A DNA stretch of 64,000 nucleotides, taken from contig CBDFLE010000006.1 of NCBI GenBank assembly GCA_965248925.1, positions 4,224,001 through 4,288,000 on the forward strand, in the 5' to 3' direction. Below, piece after piece: positions 1 through 9,998 of this stretch (positions are counted from its first letter, which is position 1; every line of letters begins with the position of its first letter). A program made the translations under genes and the position numbers. The notes under the pieces are model-generated. The model saw nothing but the letters and a program-made list of their open reading frames with translations, searched no databases and was not told the DNA's origin. Source of the DNA: Candidatus Multivoradales bacterium. Lineage in GTDB: Bacteria; Acidobacteriota; Thermoanaerobaculia; Multivoradales; J023.

Positions 1-84
1 CTTCTCAGCCTCGAATCACCGCCGCCGAAGGTTATCGAGCTGATCGCCGGCGCCGCGCGCGAAGAGGTCACCATCCGACGATGA
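1..84 (+). CDS. 3' end of upstream gene, probably Flp pilus assembly protein CpaB/RcpC (partial)
   Basis: Frame 1 reads LLSLESPPPKVIELIAGAAREEVTIRR*. The stop overlaps the secretin ATG (ATGA, 81-84). Position before the secretin matches cpaB in tad operons. Confidence 0.5.
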   Translation, partial: LLSLESPPPKVIELIAGAAREEVTIRR

Positions 85-2498
85 GCAGCAACACCCACCC
101 CTGTAGCCTACGGACTTACGGCAGGGTCAGAGTCGTTTCACTCGCTAACTTGGTGGCTGCCGTGGCGTTGTTCGCCTTCGCCGCCGTGCCGGCGTTCGCC
201 CAGGATCCCTTTGACGAACCCACCGCTGGTGCCGAAGCGGAAGCCCCGGCAACCCCCTTGGCGCAGCCGCCACGATCGATCGAGACTCGTGAGCTACTCA
301 CCGCCAAGGTTGGTGCCGGCCGGCTGCTCACACTGCCCGAGTCGGTCGAACGGGTGGCGCTAGCCGACGAGGCGATCGCTAGGGTTCAGATCATTTCTGA
401 GCGCGAGGTATTGCTGAGCGGTCTGGCGCCCGGCCAAACCACGCTCTATGTTTGGTTGCACAGCGGCCGGCGCCTCAAGCATCTCTTCCAGATCGGCTGG
501 GATCTGGAGCTGCTCGAACGGGTTCTGCGTCAACTCGACCCGGACATCAGGGTCGAGCAGAGCATTGACGGTGAGGCCATCGTTCTGGTCGGAGAAGTCA
601 CCAACGCCGAGGTCGCGCGGCGCGCCCGGCAGCGCGCTGAAAGTTTGCTGCTGTCCGGCGGATCCCGCCAGACGCGAATCATCGATCTCCTTGATCACCC
701 GGATCCGGACTTCTCCCCCGACGAACGTCTACGGTCGGCATTGCGCCTGGTTGACCCGCGCATTCGCGTCCGGCGCCTACAGGTCGGACCCGAGCCGGAC
801 CCTGCCCTCGACACCTATATTTTGGAAGGCCAGGTACGCGACGTTTCTATGCTGGTTCAGGCGCTGACTTTGGCCGAGCGCCAGCTGGGTGGCACCGGAG
901 TAGGCGTGGTACCAGTAGAAGGCCGCCAAGATTTCACCGGTGGTCATGGCCGCGGCCCGCACCGGGGGTTTCAGGGTCCGTCCGGCGTCAGTAACCCAGA
1001 TCGTCTGGGCGGCCTGGGCCTCAGCGGAGCCGGCGGGCGGCGAGCCCCTGCCGGCCTCGCCGCCGAAGTTTCTCGTGGCCTGGTCATGATGACCCAATCC
1101 GGCCGGGTGGTGTCATTTCTCGAGGTCGACAGCTTGCCACAGATCCTGGTCTCGATCCGGATCTTGGAGATCGACCGCGGCAAGGCCAAGCGCATCGGCG
1201 TCAACTTTCGGATCGACACCAAGGACTATTCGATCGGTAGCTTCACCGGTCCCCAGACCGGCGACTTGCCCGAGCTGCGCGGTCAGCCGCCGACCATCAC
1301 CGACATCACTGGTGGCAACTTGGCCTTCGCCTTCATCGACAATCTGACCTCCATCAGCGCGGCCATCGACTTTTTGGAAGATCGGCAGCTAGCCCGGTCG
1401 GTGGCCGAGCCCAATGTGCTCACACTCACGGGTGAGCAAGCGAGTGTGGTGATCGGCGGCGAGATTCCGGTTCCGACCACCGCCGTCAGTGATGTCGCCG
1501 CTGTCCAGGGCTTCTTCTTCGAGGAGTTCGGTATTCGACTCGACATCCGGCCGACGGTCGATTCTGCCGGGGTCATCACCCTCGAAGTCTCTTCCAGCAT
1601 CCGCCGCCCAACGATTGCGCTCGGCATCAGCGGGGTCCCCGGCTTCACCCTGCAAAGTGTGCAGACTTCCGCCCGCGTTTACTCTGGTCAGAGCCTGGTC
1701 ATTGGCGGCCTGTTGGATTTTCAAGAGACGCTCGAAGAACGGCGTCTACCGCTGTTGGGCAAGATCCCTCTCTTTCGCTGGCGGCGCAAGAGCCGCGGTG
1801 ACACTGAGCTGCTGTTCTTGATCAGCCCGAGATTGGTGGAGATCGAAGCGGCAGAGGGAGTCGTGCCGATGCCGCCGGTGGACTCCGCACGCATCCAGCT
1901 GCCGGAGCTGCAATGGCCCGGAGACCGAGATGATTGGCGCAACGACTTCGATCCGCTAGCCCTCACTCTCGAGGGCTTGCCACCGTCGTTTCTCCGCGAG
2001 CCCTCGGATGCAGATGAGATGGACCCGGATGCAGATGAGATTCACTCGTTCGACCTTGCTACGACAAGCGGTAGCACGCAGATCGAAGTCGTAGTAGATC
2101 CAGCCGAGATCGACCAAATCCCGGTCGGCGAGGCCGGGGTCGGCGAGACAGTAGTCGGCGAAGAAGATGACGACCAGGGCGCGACCGACAGACCGCCCGT
2201 CGGGTCGGCTACAGCTCAGCCAGAGAGCTATCCCGACCGCTTCACGGAACAGCTCTGGGTAGTGTTAGAAGCAGCCCAGCCTTGCCTCCGGCTGCGGCCC
2301 GAGCCGGTGTTTGAGACTATGACGGTCGACTGCTTGGCCCCAGGCAGCCTGGTCCTAGTAGCGGAAGAGCAGGCTGGGTGGATGCGCGTCGAGCTTGCCG
2401 ATGGCCTCAGAGGATGGGTAGCAGGCGTCTTTCTGGCGCCGACCGGCACCCCGTCGGACGGCCTGGATCCAGACGCAGGCCCAAGGATCCCGAAATGA
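81..2498 (+). CDS. cpaC: Flp/Tad pilus secretin (CpaC/RcpA) with acidic linker and C-terminal SH3-like domain
   Basis: Signal peptide (AVPAFA-Q) and N-terminal pilus-formation domain (VALADEAIARVQ..GLAPGQTTLYVW). Secretin core (AEPNVLTLTGEQASVVIGGEIPVP, FGIRLDIRP, SGQSLVIGGL, TELLFLISPRLV). SH3b-like tail (LRLRPEP...GWMRVELADGLRGWVAG). Confidence 0.9.
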   Translation: MSSNTHPCSLRTYGRVRVVSLANLVAAVALFAFAAVPAFAQDPFDEPTAGAEAEAPATPLAQPPRSIETRELLTAKVGAGRLLTLPESVERVALADEAIARVQIISEREVLLSGLAPGQTTLYVWLHSGRRLKHLFQIGWDLELLERVLRQLDPDIRVEQSIDGEAIVLVGEVTNAEVARRARQRAESLLLSGGSRQTRIIDLLDHPDPDFSPDERLRSALRLVDPRIRVRRLQVGPEPDPALDTYILEGQVRDVSMLVQALTLAERQLGGTGVGVVPVEGRQDFTGGHGRGPHRGFQGPSGVSNPDRLGGLGLSGAGGRRAPAGLAAEVSRGLVMMTQSGRVVSFLEVDSLPQILVSIRILEIDRGKAKRIGVNFRIDTKDYSIGSFTGPQTGDLPELRGQPPTITDITGGNLAFAFIDNLTSISAAIDFLEDRQLARSVAEPNVLTLTGEQASVVIGGEIPVPTTAVSDVAAVQGFFFEEFGIRLDIRPTVDSAGVITLEVSSSIRRPTIALGISGVPGFTLQSVQTSARVYSGQSLVIGGLLDFQETLEERRLPLLGKIPLFRWRRKSRGDTELLFLISPRLVEIEAAEGVVPMPPVDSARIQLPELQWPGDRDDWRNDFDPLALTLEGLPPSFLREPSDADEMDPDADEIHSFDLATTSGSTQIEVVVDPAEIDQIPVGEAGVGETVVGEEDDDQGATDRPPVGSATAQPESYPDRFTEQLWVVLEAAQPCLRLRPEPVFETMTVDCLAPGSLVLVAEEQAGWMRVELADGLRGWVAGVFLAPTGTPSDGLDPDAGPRIPK

Positions 2499-3892
2499 AC
2501 GCTGCCGTCGATCAACTGTCCGAAGCATCGGGCGGACCGGCTTCTCTGCGTCAGCAGATTCAGCGCGGCTGGGCCTTGCGGCATGGCGCACTCGCCGATC
2601 GGGTGCCGGTTTTGCCGACCCAAGAACCCACTTCTGATCCTGGCTCGAGCCCACGCCGCCAGTTTCGTCAACAGCTCTTCGAGCAAGTTCTGCGAGATGC
2701 CGAACGCCGTGATTCGAGCCGCGGGCAAGCGCCCCTTGCAACCCGCCAACGGGTGCGCCGGGCTCTCGATCGGGTGATGGCCGCCAACACCTCGCTAGCG
2801 CTCAGCGACCACGACCTGGCGACTCTAGAGACCCAGCTGATCGCCGAGATCGACGGCCTTGGACCGCTCGATCGGTTGCTGGCCAATCCAACCGTTTCGG
2901 ACGTCTTGGTCAATGGTCCCTACGAAGTCTGGGTCGAACGTTTCGGCCGACTCGAACGGACCAAGGTCCAATTCGATAGCGAGGCGCACCTCCTTCGCCT
3001 GCTCGGCCGGGTGATTGCGGCCCAGGGCCGCCGCCTTGACGAGGCATCACCCTTCGTAGACGTCCGACTCAGCGACGGCAGCCGGCTGAATGCGGTGATC
3101 GCCCCGCTGTGCAACCGTGGCGCCGTGGTCTCGATCCGGCGAACGCGCGCGGTTCCTTATCGTTTGGAACAACTCTATGCTTACTGCACGCTCGATCCGG
3201 CGATGGGTGAGCTGCTCGGCGCGGCGGTTCGCGATGGCCGCAACATCGTCATCGCCGGCAGCACCGGTTCGGGCAAGACAACCCTTCTCAATGTCTTTTC
3301 CCGCTTCATTCCGGCCGCAGAGCGGGTCGTCACAATCGAGGAAACCGCCGAGCTGCGACTCGATCACCCGCATGTGATCTCCCTTGAAGCACGGCCGCCG
3401 AATATCGAAGGCCGCGGTGAGGTGACTCTCCGTGACTTGGTCCGCAACGCCCTACGCATGCGTGCCAATCGCCTGATCGTCGGCGAGGTCCGAGGGCCCG
3501 AGGTCTTCGACATGCTGCAAGCGATGAATACCGGGCATTGCGGCAGCTTGACCACCGTCCACGCCAACAGCCCTGAGGACACCCTGCGGCGACTCGAGAA
3601 TCTCGTTCATCTCAGCGGCTTCGAGCTGCCCAGCCGGGTGATTCGCGAACTCCTCGGCGCGGCGTTTGATCTGATCGTCTACGCTAAGCGCTTCGCCGAT
3701 GGCAGTCGTCGGGTGACGCGAATCGAGGAAGTACAGTTCGATAGTGAATCCGGTCTCACCACCCGGACGCTCTTTCGCTATCAGCCCGGAAGCGGTCGCT
3801 TTGTCGCCGAAGGCACCGCAGCGGAGGCAACAGCGGCGCGCACGACGGTGGCCCGAGTGGCCTCACCTACCCTGCCAGGAGAGCACCGATGA
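2495..3892 (+). CDS. tadA: Flp pilus assembly ATPase CpaF/TadA
   Basis: Walker A GSTGSGKT, TIEETAEL, RNALRMRANRLIVGEVRG, AMNTGHCGSLTTVHAN. Start taken at ATG 2495 (ATGA overlap with the secretin stop). Confidence 0.95.
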   Translation: MNAAVDQLSEASGGPASLRQQIQRGWALRHGALADRVPVLPTQEPTSDPGSSPRRQFRQQLFEQVLRDAERRDSSRGQAPLATRQRVRRALDRVMAANTSLALSDHDLATLETQLIAEIDGLGPLDRLLANPTVSDVLVNGPYEVWVERFGRLERTKVQFDSEAHLLRLLGRVIAAQGRRLDEASPFVDVRLSDGSRLNAVIAPLCNRGAVVSIRRTRAVPYRLEQLYAYCTLDPAMGELLGAAVRDGRNIVIAGSTGSGKTTLLNVFSRFIPAAERVVTIEETAELRLDHPHVISLEARPPNIEGRGEVTLRDLVRNALRMRANRLIVGEVRGPEVFDMLQAMNTGHCGSLTTVHANSPEDTLRRLENLVHLSGFELPSRVIRELLGAAFDLIVYAKRFADGSRRVTRIEEVQFDSESGLTTRTLFRYQPGSGRFVAEGTAAEATAARTTVARVASPTLPGEHR

Positions 3893-4791
3893 GCGACTTG
3901 CTACTGCTCGTCGCCGCCCTGTTGATCGCCGCCATCCTCGGTGGCGACCTGATCCGTGGCCGGCTCCACAATCGCCGCCTGCAGCATCATCTACAGCGTC
4001 TCAGCAGCGCCGGCCCGGCAACGGGCGTAGGGAGTCGGGACACGCCTAGTGCGCTCGCCAGCAGACTTCGCGCCGCCGGCCTCCGGGTCGGCCCGCGCAG
4101 CTTCGTCGTCGGCAGCGTGTTGGTTGCAGCTGTCGTTGGCTTGTCGCTCCTGAGGCGCTTTCCGGGCACCCCCTGGGTGGCGCTGATCAGCGCCGGCTTC
4201 ATGCTCTACGCTCCTAGCGCCATGGCCCGCGCCTGGGGAGGCTTTCGCGCCCGACGCTTCGAGACCAAGCTGGTCGACGCGCTCGACTTCTTGGTCGGCA
4301 TGCTCGATGGCGGCCAGAACGCGACCCAAGCTCTGGCCAGCACCGCCGAAGCAGCTGAAGAACCCGTCAAGACCGCTTTTCGCGACGCTTCCCGGCGGAT
4401 TGCCTTGGGCATGTCGATTGAACGCGCCGTCACCCCCATGGACGAAAGCTACGCTGGCGAAGGAACGCGCATCTTCACCCAGGCACTGATCGCCAAAGTA
4501 CAAGCTGGCGGCCCGCTGGCGCCGGTGCTGCGCTCAGTCAATCGGATCATCCGCGCCCGGCTCAAGCTACGCATGCAGCTGCGCGGCCAGCTGTCTGGCG
4601 CGCAATTCGCCGCGGCTTTCATCGCGATTGTGCCGTACGCCCTGATCCCGATCTATGCATGGCGCAAGCCGGATTGGATCGATCGCCTGATAACCCACCC
4701 TTCGGGTCCGCAGATGCTCTTCTTCGCTGTCGTGCTGCAGCTGTTCGGCTTCCTTTGGATCCGCCGCATCCTACGCTCGGAGGTCGGATGA
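3889..4791 (+). CDS. tadB: Type II secretion F-family protein TadB
   Basis: TM segments, FETKLVDALDFL, GGPLAPVL. ATGA-coupled directly after tadA. Confidence 0.88.
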   Translation: MSDLLLLVAALLIAAILGGDLIRGRLHNRRLQHHLQRLSSAGPATGVGSRDTPSALASRLRAAGLRVGPRSFVVGSVLVAAVVGLSLLRRFPGTPWVALISAGFMLYAPSAMARAWGGFRARRFETKLVDALDFLVGMLDGGQNATQALASTAEAAEEPVKTAFRDASRRIALGMSIERAVTPMDESYAGEGTRIFTQALIAKVQAGGPLAPVLRSVNRIIRARLKLRMQLRGQLSGAQFAAAFIAIVPYALIPIYAWRKPDWIDRLITHPSGPQMLFFAVVLQLFGFLWIRRILRSEVG

Positions 4792-5636
4792 CGACCCACA
4801 ACCTCTGGCTCGACGCCACTTTGCTGCTGCTGCTGCTAGCCGTCGCCCTGCTTTCCCTGCGCCGTCTGCCGACTCGCGCGCCGCAATTCGGCAGTGGGAA
4901 GGCGGGTCAGATCGAAACGGCGGCGGCCAAAGGCCGCGCCTACTATCGAAAGTTAAGCCGTCAAGCTGGTGTCGATCCTGACCAGCTACGCTGGGTCTAT
5001 TGGGCCGCCAAGCTCGCCCTGATGGCGCTGCTGCCGTTGCTGTTGCTCGAATTGGCTGCCAGCCGGTCGCTCCCTGCCTTGGCGCTGATCGGTATCGCGG
5101 TCACCGGCTTCGTCGTGCCGGACCTCTGGCTGCTCGTCAACCGCCGAAAACGGCGCCAGCGAGTTCGCGCCACACTGTCCTACTTTCTCGATCTTCTGGT
5201 CGCCCTGGTGCACTCCGGTGCGACGATTGAAAACGCTTTCGAGCGCGCCGGGCGTGGAATCCGCAAGGGCCGGGCCCATCCTTTGGCCGACGAGGTGGCA
5301 CTGATCACCGAAGAGCTTGACTTGGGCAAGGATCGCGCAGCCGCCTTCCACGCCTTGGCCGAGCGCACCGGAGTGGTCGAACTCAAAGCCCTATCCTCGG
5401 CCCTGACCATCGGGTTGCGACTGGGGTCCTCGGTGGAGTCGATCTTGACCAGCCAAGCAGACATCCTTCGCGCCCGCCAACACGAGGAAGCGCTGAAGCG
5501 AATAAACCGCGCTGGCGTCCAGGCCATCGTTCCGACGATGCTCTGCGGCTTCCCGATTCTCTTGCTGCTGATTCTATTCCCGGCGGTGCTGGAGATCCTC
5601 GAGGCTTTTCAGCTGCTCAAGAGCGCTCAGCCCTAG
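4788..5636 (+). CDS. tadC: Type II secretion F-family protein TadC
   Basis: VVPDLWL..RRKRR, FLDLLVALVHSGATIENAF, LGSSVESILTSQADILR. Start at ATG 4788 overlapping the tadB stop. Confidence 0.88.
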   Translation: MTTHNLWLDATLLLLLLAVALLSLRRLPTRAPQFGSGKAGQIETAAAKGRAYYRKLSRQAGVDPDQLRWVYWAAKLALMALLPLLLLELAASRSLPALALIGIAVTGFVVPDLWLLVNRRKRRQRVRATLSYFLDLLVALVHSGATIENAFERAGRGIRKGRAHPLADEVALITEELDLGKDRAAAFHALAERTGVVELKALSSALTIGLRLGSSVESILTSQADILRARQHEEALKRINRAGVQAIVPTMLCGFPILLLLILFPAVLEILEAFQLLKSAQP

Positions 5637-5639
5637 GAG

Positions 5640-6803
5640 CTAGCTGGCAGTTCCGGAGGCCGTGACTTCTTCGACCATTTTGCCAATCGCCTTCGCGAAG
5701 GCGGTTTTGGGGTGACTGAGGACCATCGGCACGCCGGTATTCGCGGCCACGATTACCGCCGGCTCGTAGCCGACCAAATGATCCACCTTGTGTCCGATTT
5801 GCTCGGCCACCGTGGCCGCCGGCAGATTACCTTCGAAAGCCGCGTGCCGATTGAGCACCAGCCGCAGCCGATCCTGGCGAAAGCCAAGCTTGTCGAGGAG
5901 CGTCAGCAGGCGGGCCGTGCCGATCGTGGTCGGCGCAACGGCTTCTGTCACCACATAGGTCACGTCAGAGAGGTCGAGCACCGCCAGGGTCAGCGCGTCG
6001 AGAGGAGACGCGGTATCGACCACCACCAACGAGAAGCGGCGACGTAGCTCGATCAAGACACGGCTCAGATCTTCTGGCGTCACGCCTTCGGCCGCCACCG
6101 GATCGCGCGGGCTCGCCAACACCCGCAACCCGGAGGTCGGGTGCTCGGTGAGGTAGGTGGGCAAGGCGACGATCGTCCCGAGATCCCGCACCACCCCGAG
6201 AAGGTCGCGACCCGGCGCCAGCCCGAGCAGGGCCGATGCATCGCCCCATTGAATCGCGGCGTCGAGGAGCGCCACGTCGCCAACACCACCTGAGGCCGCG
6301 GCCGCCGCCAGCCCGAAGTTGACCGCCAAAGTCGTAGTACCCACGCCGCCCTTGTGGCTGAAGAAAGTAATCACCCGGCCTTCTTCTAAGCGCTCCCCAG
6401 GCACCTCGGCTGGCTGAGCCGCGCGCAGCACTGACTCCAACTCGGTGTCCGAGACCGGCAGCGCCACAAAATCGCCAATCCCCGCCCGCACCGCTTCGCG
6501 GAGGAAATCCAACTCACTACCCTGCGCCACCAATGGGTTGAACAGGCCGATGATCAAACGGTCAGGCTGCCGCCCCTCGCGCGCCACATCGAGCGCCAGC
6601 TCTCGATGGTCCGTAAGGTCGAGAAAAACGATCCGCGGATCGAGCGCCCGCACCGCCTCGGCCCCCTCAGCCAATGAACTCGCCTCATAGGTCGCCAACG
6701 GACCATCGGCCAGCCGCCGCAGCGCTTGCTCGAGCGCCCGCCGCGTCTCCACGTCTGGATGGACGACCAACACACGGCTCAAACCTGATCGTGTATCTCG
6801 CAC
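5640..6803 (-). CDS. cpaE: Flp pilus assembly protein CpaE/TadZ (receiver-like domain + MinD/ParA-type ATPase)
   Basis: N-terminal receiver-like fold (LREAVRAGIGDFVALP) and deviant Walker A HKGGVGTT. GTG start at 6803 follows a GAGGAG RBS; the ORF track start at 6974 looks too long. Confidence 0.85.
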   Translation of the reverse strand: MRDTRSGLSRVLVVHPDVETRRALEQALRRLADGPLATYEASSLAEGAEAVRALDPRIVFLDLTDHRELALDVAREGRQPDRLIIGLFNPLVAQGSELDFLREAVRAGIGDFVALPVSDTELESVLRAAQPAEVPGERLEEGRVITFFSHKGGVGTTTLAVNFGLAAAAASGGVGDVALLDAAIQWGDASALLGLAPGRDLLGVVRDLGTIVALPTYLTEHPTSGLRVLASPRDPVAAEGVTPEDLSRVLIELRRRFSLVVVDTASPLDALTLAVLDLSDVTYVVTEAVAPTTIGTARLLTLLDKLGFRQDRLRLVLNRHAAFEGNLPAATVAEQIGHKVDHLVGYEPAVIVAANTGVPMVLSHPKTAFAKAIGKMVEEVTASGTAS

Positions 6804-6967
6804 TGCGACGGCTCCTCTGGTACGAAAATCCAGTCGATATCGTACCAGGAACCAGGCCCGCACACTCCGTGAGATCGCGCCGCGAATCTTTGTTGAGACT
6901 GGCCGAAGAGCAGCCAGCAGTGAGCCGTAAAGCATAGAATCCGGAAGACCAACCACGGAGAACAGCC

Positions 6968-7300
6968 ATGACATCCAGCCCCAGTCCTGAGAAGACTCGG
7001 CGCAGCGCTCTGACCACGGTGATGATCGGTTGCGGCATCGGCTGTGGCGCGCTCGCTGTGATCTTAATGGTGGGCGCCGTGGCGGGCGGCTTTTGGGCCT
7101 TCAGACCGGGACCACAAACCGGGACCACAAGTAGCCGCCGCCAGTATCGTCAGCAACGAGAGCGTGGGCTCGATTCATGTCACGGATCTGACCAAAGATG
7201 CTGGGGTGCGCTCGCTGCTGACCCAGGTACTGATGCGCTTGGATGAGTTCAATCGTCGGCAACAGGCTGAGGCGTTGCCAGAGAACCACCACAGGCTGCT
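6968..7300 (+). pseudogene. Frameshifted, truncated membrane-protein gene remnant
   Basis: N-terminus with a GCGIGCG TM segment. A 13-bp tandem duplication (7105-7130) shifts the frame; the shifted frame continues PQVAAASIVSNESVGSIHVTDLTKDAGVRSLLTQ... and runs into the convergent hydrolase gene. Confidence 0.6.
7105..7130 (+). repeat. 13-bp perfect tandem duplication ACCGGGACCACAA x2
   Basis: Read directly from the sequence. Confidence 0.95.
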
Positions 7301-8729
7301 AAGGGTCGCTCTTGGGCACAGTCTGCCGTCCAATCCACTCTGAGATCCGCAGCATGACGTCCTCGGCGAAGGTCTCTTCGATCTTGGTGTATTCGCTGAT
7401 CGCGCCGCTCTCAGCGTGCTGGAAGAGGTGGTTGAGGCCGGCCAGCTGATGGGTCTCGAAGTGCTGGTTGCCGCCTGCTTCGAGGGCCAGCCGGATGGCT
7501 CCCAGGTTGGCTCTGGCTGGGACCTGGAGGTCTTTCTCTCCATTGAGAGCCAGCACCGGTACCCGCAACTCGCTCAGCGCAGGGCGGGGATCGTAGCTCA
7601 GGAAGAAGCGGAACCAAGCACCACTGAGCAGCTTCTGCTGAGCTTTGATCTGGGCCTCCAGCTGGTCGCCAGCGAGTCCTGGGGACTGCACGGCAAACAT
7701 CTTGCGCAAGGTGAGTGCGAGACTTGCCGAGTCACCGCTGAGCGCTTCGGCGAAGGCTCGCCGCTGTAGTGCACTGTTGCGTTGTCGCGCCTCGCTTGGC
7801 ATGCCGGCTTGCTCGAGCAGCAGGTTACCCTGGGCGACCAGGATCTCCACTCCGTTGATTCCTGGAGCTGCCAGCAGGACGAGGAAGTCCACCTCCTCGT
7901 GGTCTACCGCCACCATCGGCGCGATGATCCCGCCCTCGCTATGACCCACCAGGCCGATCGCGGCGATGTCGGCACGGGTGGCCAGGAATGCCACCGCGGC
8001 GGCGGTGTCGGTGGCGAAGTCGCGGCTGGTGGCACCGGCGAAACTGCCGCTGGACTCGCCAACCCCGCGGTCGTCATGGCGCAGCACGGCGATACCGTGA
8101 CGGCTCAAGTGATCGGCCAGCACTAGAAAGGGCTTGTGCCCCATCAACGACTCGTCGCGATCCTGTGGCCCAGAGCCGGTGATCAACACCACGGCGGTGA
8201 ACGGCCCCTCGCCAGCGGGTAGGGTCAGGGTGCCGGCCAGGGTCACCTCAGCGGCGGTGTTGTCGATTTTCACTTCTTGTTGGCGGTAGGGAAAGGGCGC
8301 TTTGGGATGCTGCGGCCTGGTGGGTCCGGCCAGCGGTCCGTCGAGACGCTCGAGGGCCAGGGGTAAGGACAGTCCACCCTGCTTCCAAGTACCGAGGATA
8401 TTGCCAGCGGCTCGCAGATCGCCTTCGTAAGTGCCGCCGACGGCGGCAATCTTGAGCAGCAGGTGGCGATCGGCGAAAGTCACTGCGTTGATCGGGATGC
8501 CCATCGCTCCCTGGTCGACGCTGTCGAGGGTTGCTGGCAGCCCATCGTCGCTGTCGCTGAAATGGAAGACCACACGCAGCTCGGTGCCCGAGACTTGCAG
8601 CGTTCCCGACCAATCGCCGGCCAGCGAGTCTGGAGTGGGCGGATTTTCGCCGCGCGCTAGCCCCGGTAGGAATGAGAGCGAGGCAAGGGTGACGACGATC
8701 AGAAGCAGTGGCGGTGGTTTGCTGGACAT
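7299..8729 (-). CDS. Secreted alpha/beta-fold hydrolase (S9/S15-like)
   Basis: Signal peptide, ITGSGPQDRDE, nucleophile elbow GHSEGG, NGEKDLQV, GLNHLFQ. Confidence 0.9.
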   Translation of the reverse strand: MSSKPPPLLLIVVTLASLSFLPGLARGENPPTPDSLAGDWSGTLQVSGTELRVVFHFSDSDDGLPATLDSVDQGAMGIPINAVTFADRHLLLKIAAVGGTYEGDLRAAGNILGTWKQGGLSLPLALERLDGPLAGPTRPQHPKAPFPYRQQEVKIDNTAAEVTLAGTLTLPAGEGPFTAVVLITGSGPQDRDESLMGHKPFLVLADHLSRHGIAVLRHDDRGVGESSGSFAGATSRDFATDTAAAVAFLATRADIAAIGLVGHSEGGIIAPMVAVDHEEVDFLVLLAAPGINGVEILVAQGNLLLEQAGMPSEARQRNSALQRRAFAEALSGDSASLALTLRKMFAVQSPGLAGDQLEAQIKAQQKLLSGAWFRFFLSYDPRPALSELRVPVLALNGEKDLQVPARANLGAIRLALEAGGNQHFETHQLAGLNHLFQHAESGAISEYTKIEETFAEDVMLRISEWIGRQTVPKSDP

Positions 8730-8899
8730 GAATCCTCCTCGGGTGCGATGTCAATGGGGTTTGCCGGCGACTTTCGACAATACGCGGTGGGGTAGCGGAT
8801 ATTCGTCGCTTCCTGAGCCAGGATTCGGCACTGGTTTCGATGCTACTATCGACTGGCTTCCCGCTCACCAGACCAAGAACCTGTTAGGAGATTCATAAG

Positions 8900-9976
8900 A
8901 TGGGACTGCTGGACTTCATCAAGGGCGAGTTGCTCGAGATCATCGAGTGGACGGACGATTCGCGCGACATCCTGTCGTACCGTTTTCCGGACCAGGATCA
9001 CGCGATCAAAAACGGCGCGGCGCTGATCGTTCGCGAATCTCAGGTCGTGCAGCTGGTTTATCTTGGCCAGTTTGGCGACACCTTCCGGCCCGGCAAGCAC
9101 GAGCTGGCGACCGCCAATATTCCGATTCTGACCCGCTTGAAGTCGTGGAAGTACGGCTTCGAGTCGCCGTTCAAGGTCGACGTGTACTACATCAACACGC
9201 GACTCTTCACCGGCAACAAATGGGGCACCTCGAACCCGATCATGATGCGCGACAAGGACTTCGGCATCGTCCGGGTGCGCTCCTTCGGCACTTATGACTT
9301 CCGCATTGTCGATCCGCAACTATTCCTCAAGGAGGTTGCCGGCTCCGACCACAACTTCCGTCTCGATGAATTCTCAGACACCATGCGCTCGCGCATCGTG
9401 TCGATGTTCTCCGACGCCCTGGCCACCGCCAATGTGCCGGTGATGGACGCGGCGACTCGCTACACCGAACTCGGTGAGGCCCTGCTACCACTGATCAATC
9501 CGGCGATGCAGGCCAAATACGGTATCGAGATCACCAGCTTCATTCTTGAGAACGTATCGGTGCCGAAGGCGGTCGAGGAGGCGATCGACAAGCGCTCGTC
9601 GATGGCGGCGGTGGGAGATTTGAACGACTACGTCAAGTTCCAGATGGCCGAGGGCATGGCATCCGGCGGCGGCGGTGCCGGTGGGATGGCTACTGAGTTG
9701 GCGGTGGGCATGGCGATCGCCCAGCAGATGGTGCAGCAGCAGGGGGGCACCCTACTTGGCGGCGGCGCCACCCAAGCGGTGGCTGGCCCGGCGCCAGCGG
9801 CGGCGACTCCAGCCCTGCCCGAACTGATGACTCCGGCGCAGGTAGCGCAGGCGCTGGCGGTGTCCGAGGAGGATGTGATGTCAATCATCAGCTCCGGTGA
9901 ACTCAAAGCGAAGAAGATCGGCTCCTCCCACCGAATCAAGAAGTCCTCTCTCGACGCCTACCTGGCGGCCGAGTGA
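8900..9976 (+). CDS. SPFH (YdjI-like/band 7) domain protein with C-terminal excisionase-like HTH
   Basis: LIVRESQ, NIPILTRLKSWKYGFESPFK, KWGTSNPIMMRD.DFG.VRVR. C-terminus LMTPAQVAQALAVSEEDV..GELKAKKIG. AGGAG RBS. Confidence 0.88.
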   Translation: MGLLDFIKGELLEIIEWTDDSRDILSYRFPDQDHAIKNGAALIVRESQVVQLVYLGQFGDTFRPGKHELATANIPILTRLKSWKYGFESPFKVDVYYINTRLFTGNKWGTSNPIMMRDKDFGIVRVRSFGTYDFRIVDPQLFLKEVAGSDHNFRLDEFSDTMRSRIVSMFSDALATANVPVMDAATRYTELGEALLPLINPAMQAKYGIEITSFILENVSVPKAVEEAIDKRSSMAAVGDLNDYVKFQMAEGMASGGGGAGGMATELAVGMAIAQQMVQQQGGTLLGGGATQAVAGPAPAAATPALPELMTPAQVAQALAVSEEDVMSIISSGELKAKKIGSSHRIKKSSLDAYLAAE

Positions 9977-9998
9977 CCTCGGTTGCCGGCGACAGAGC

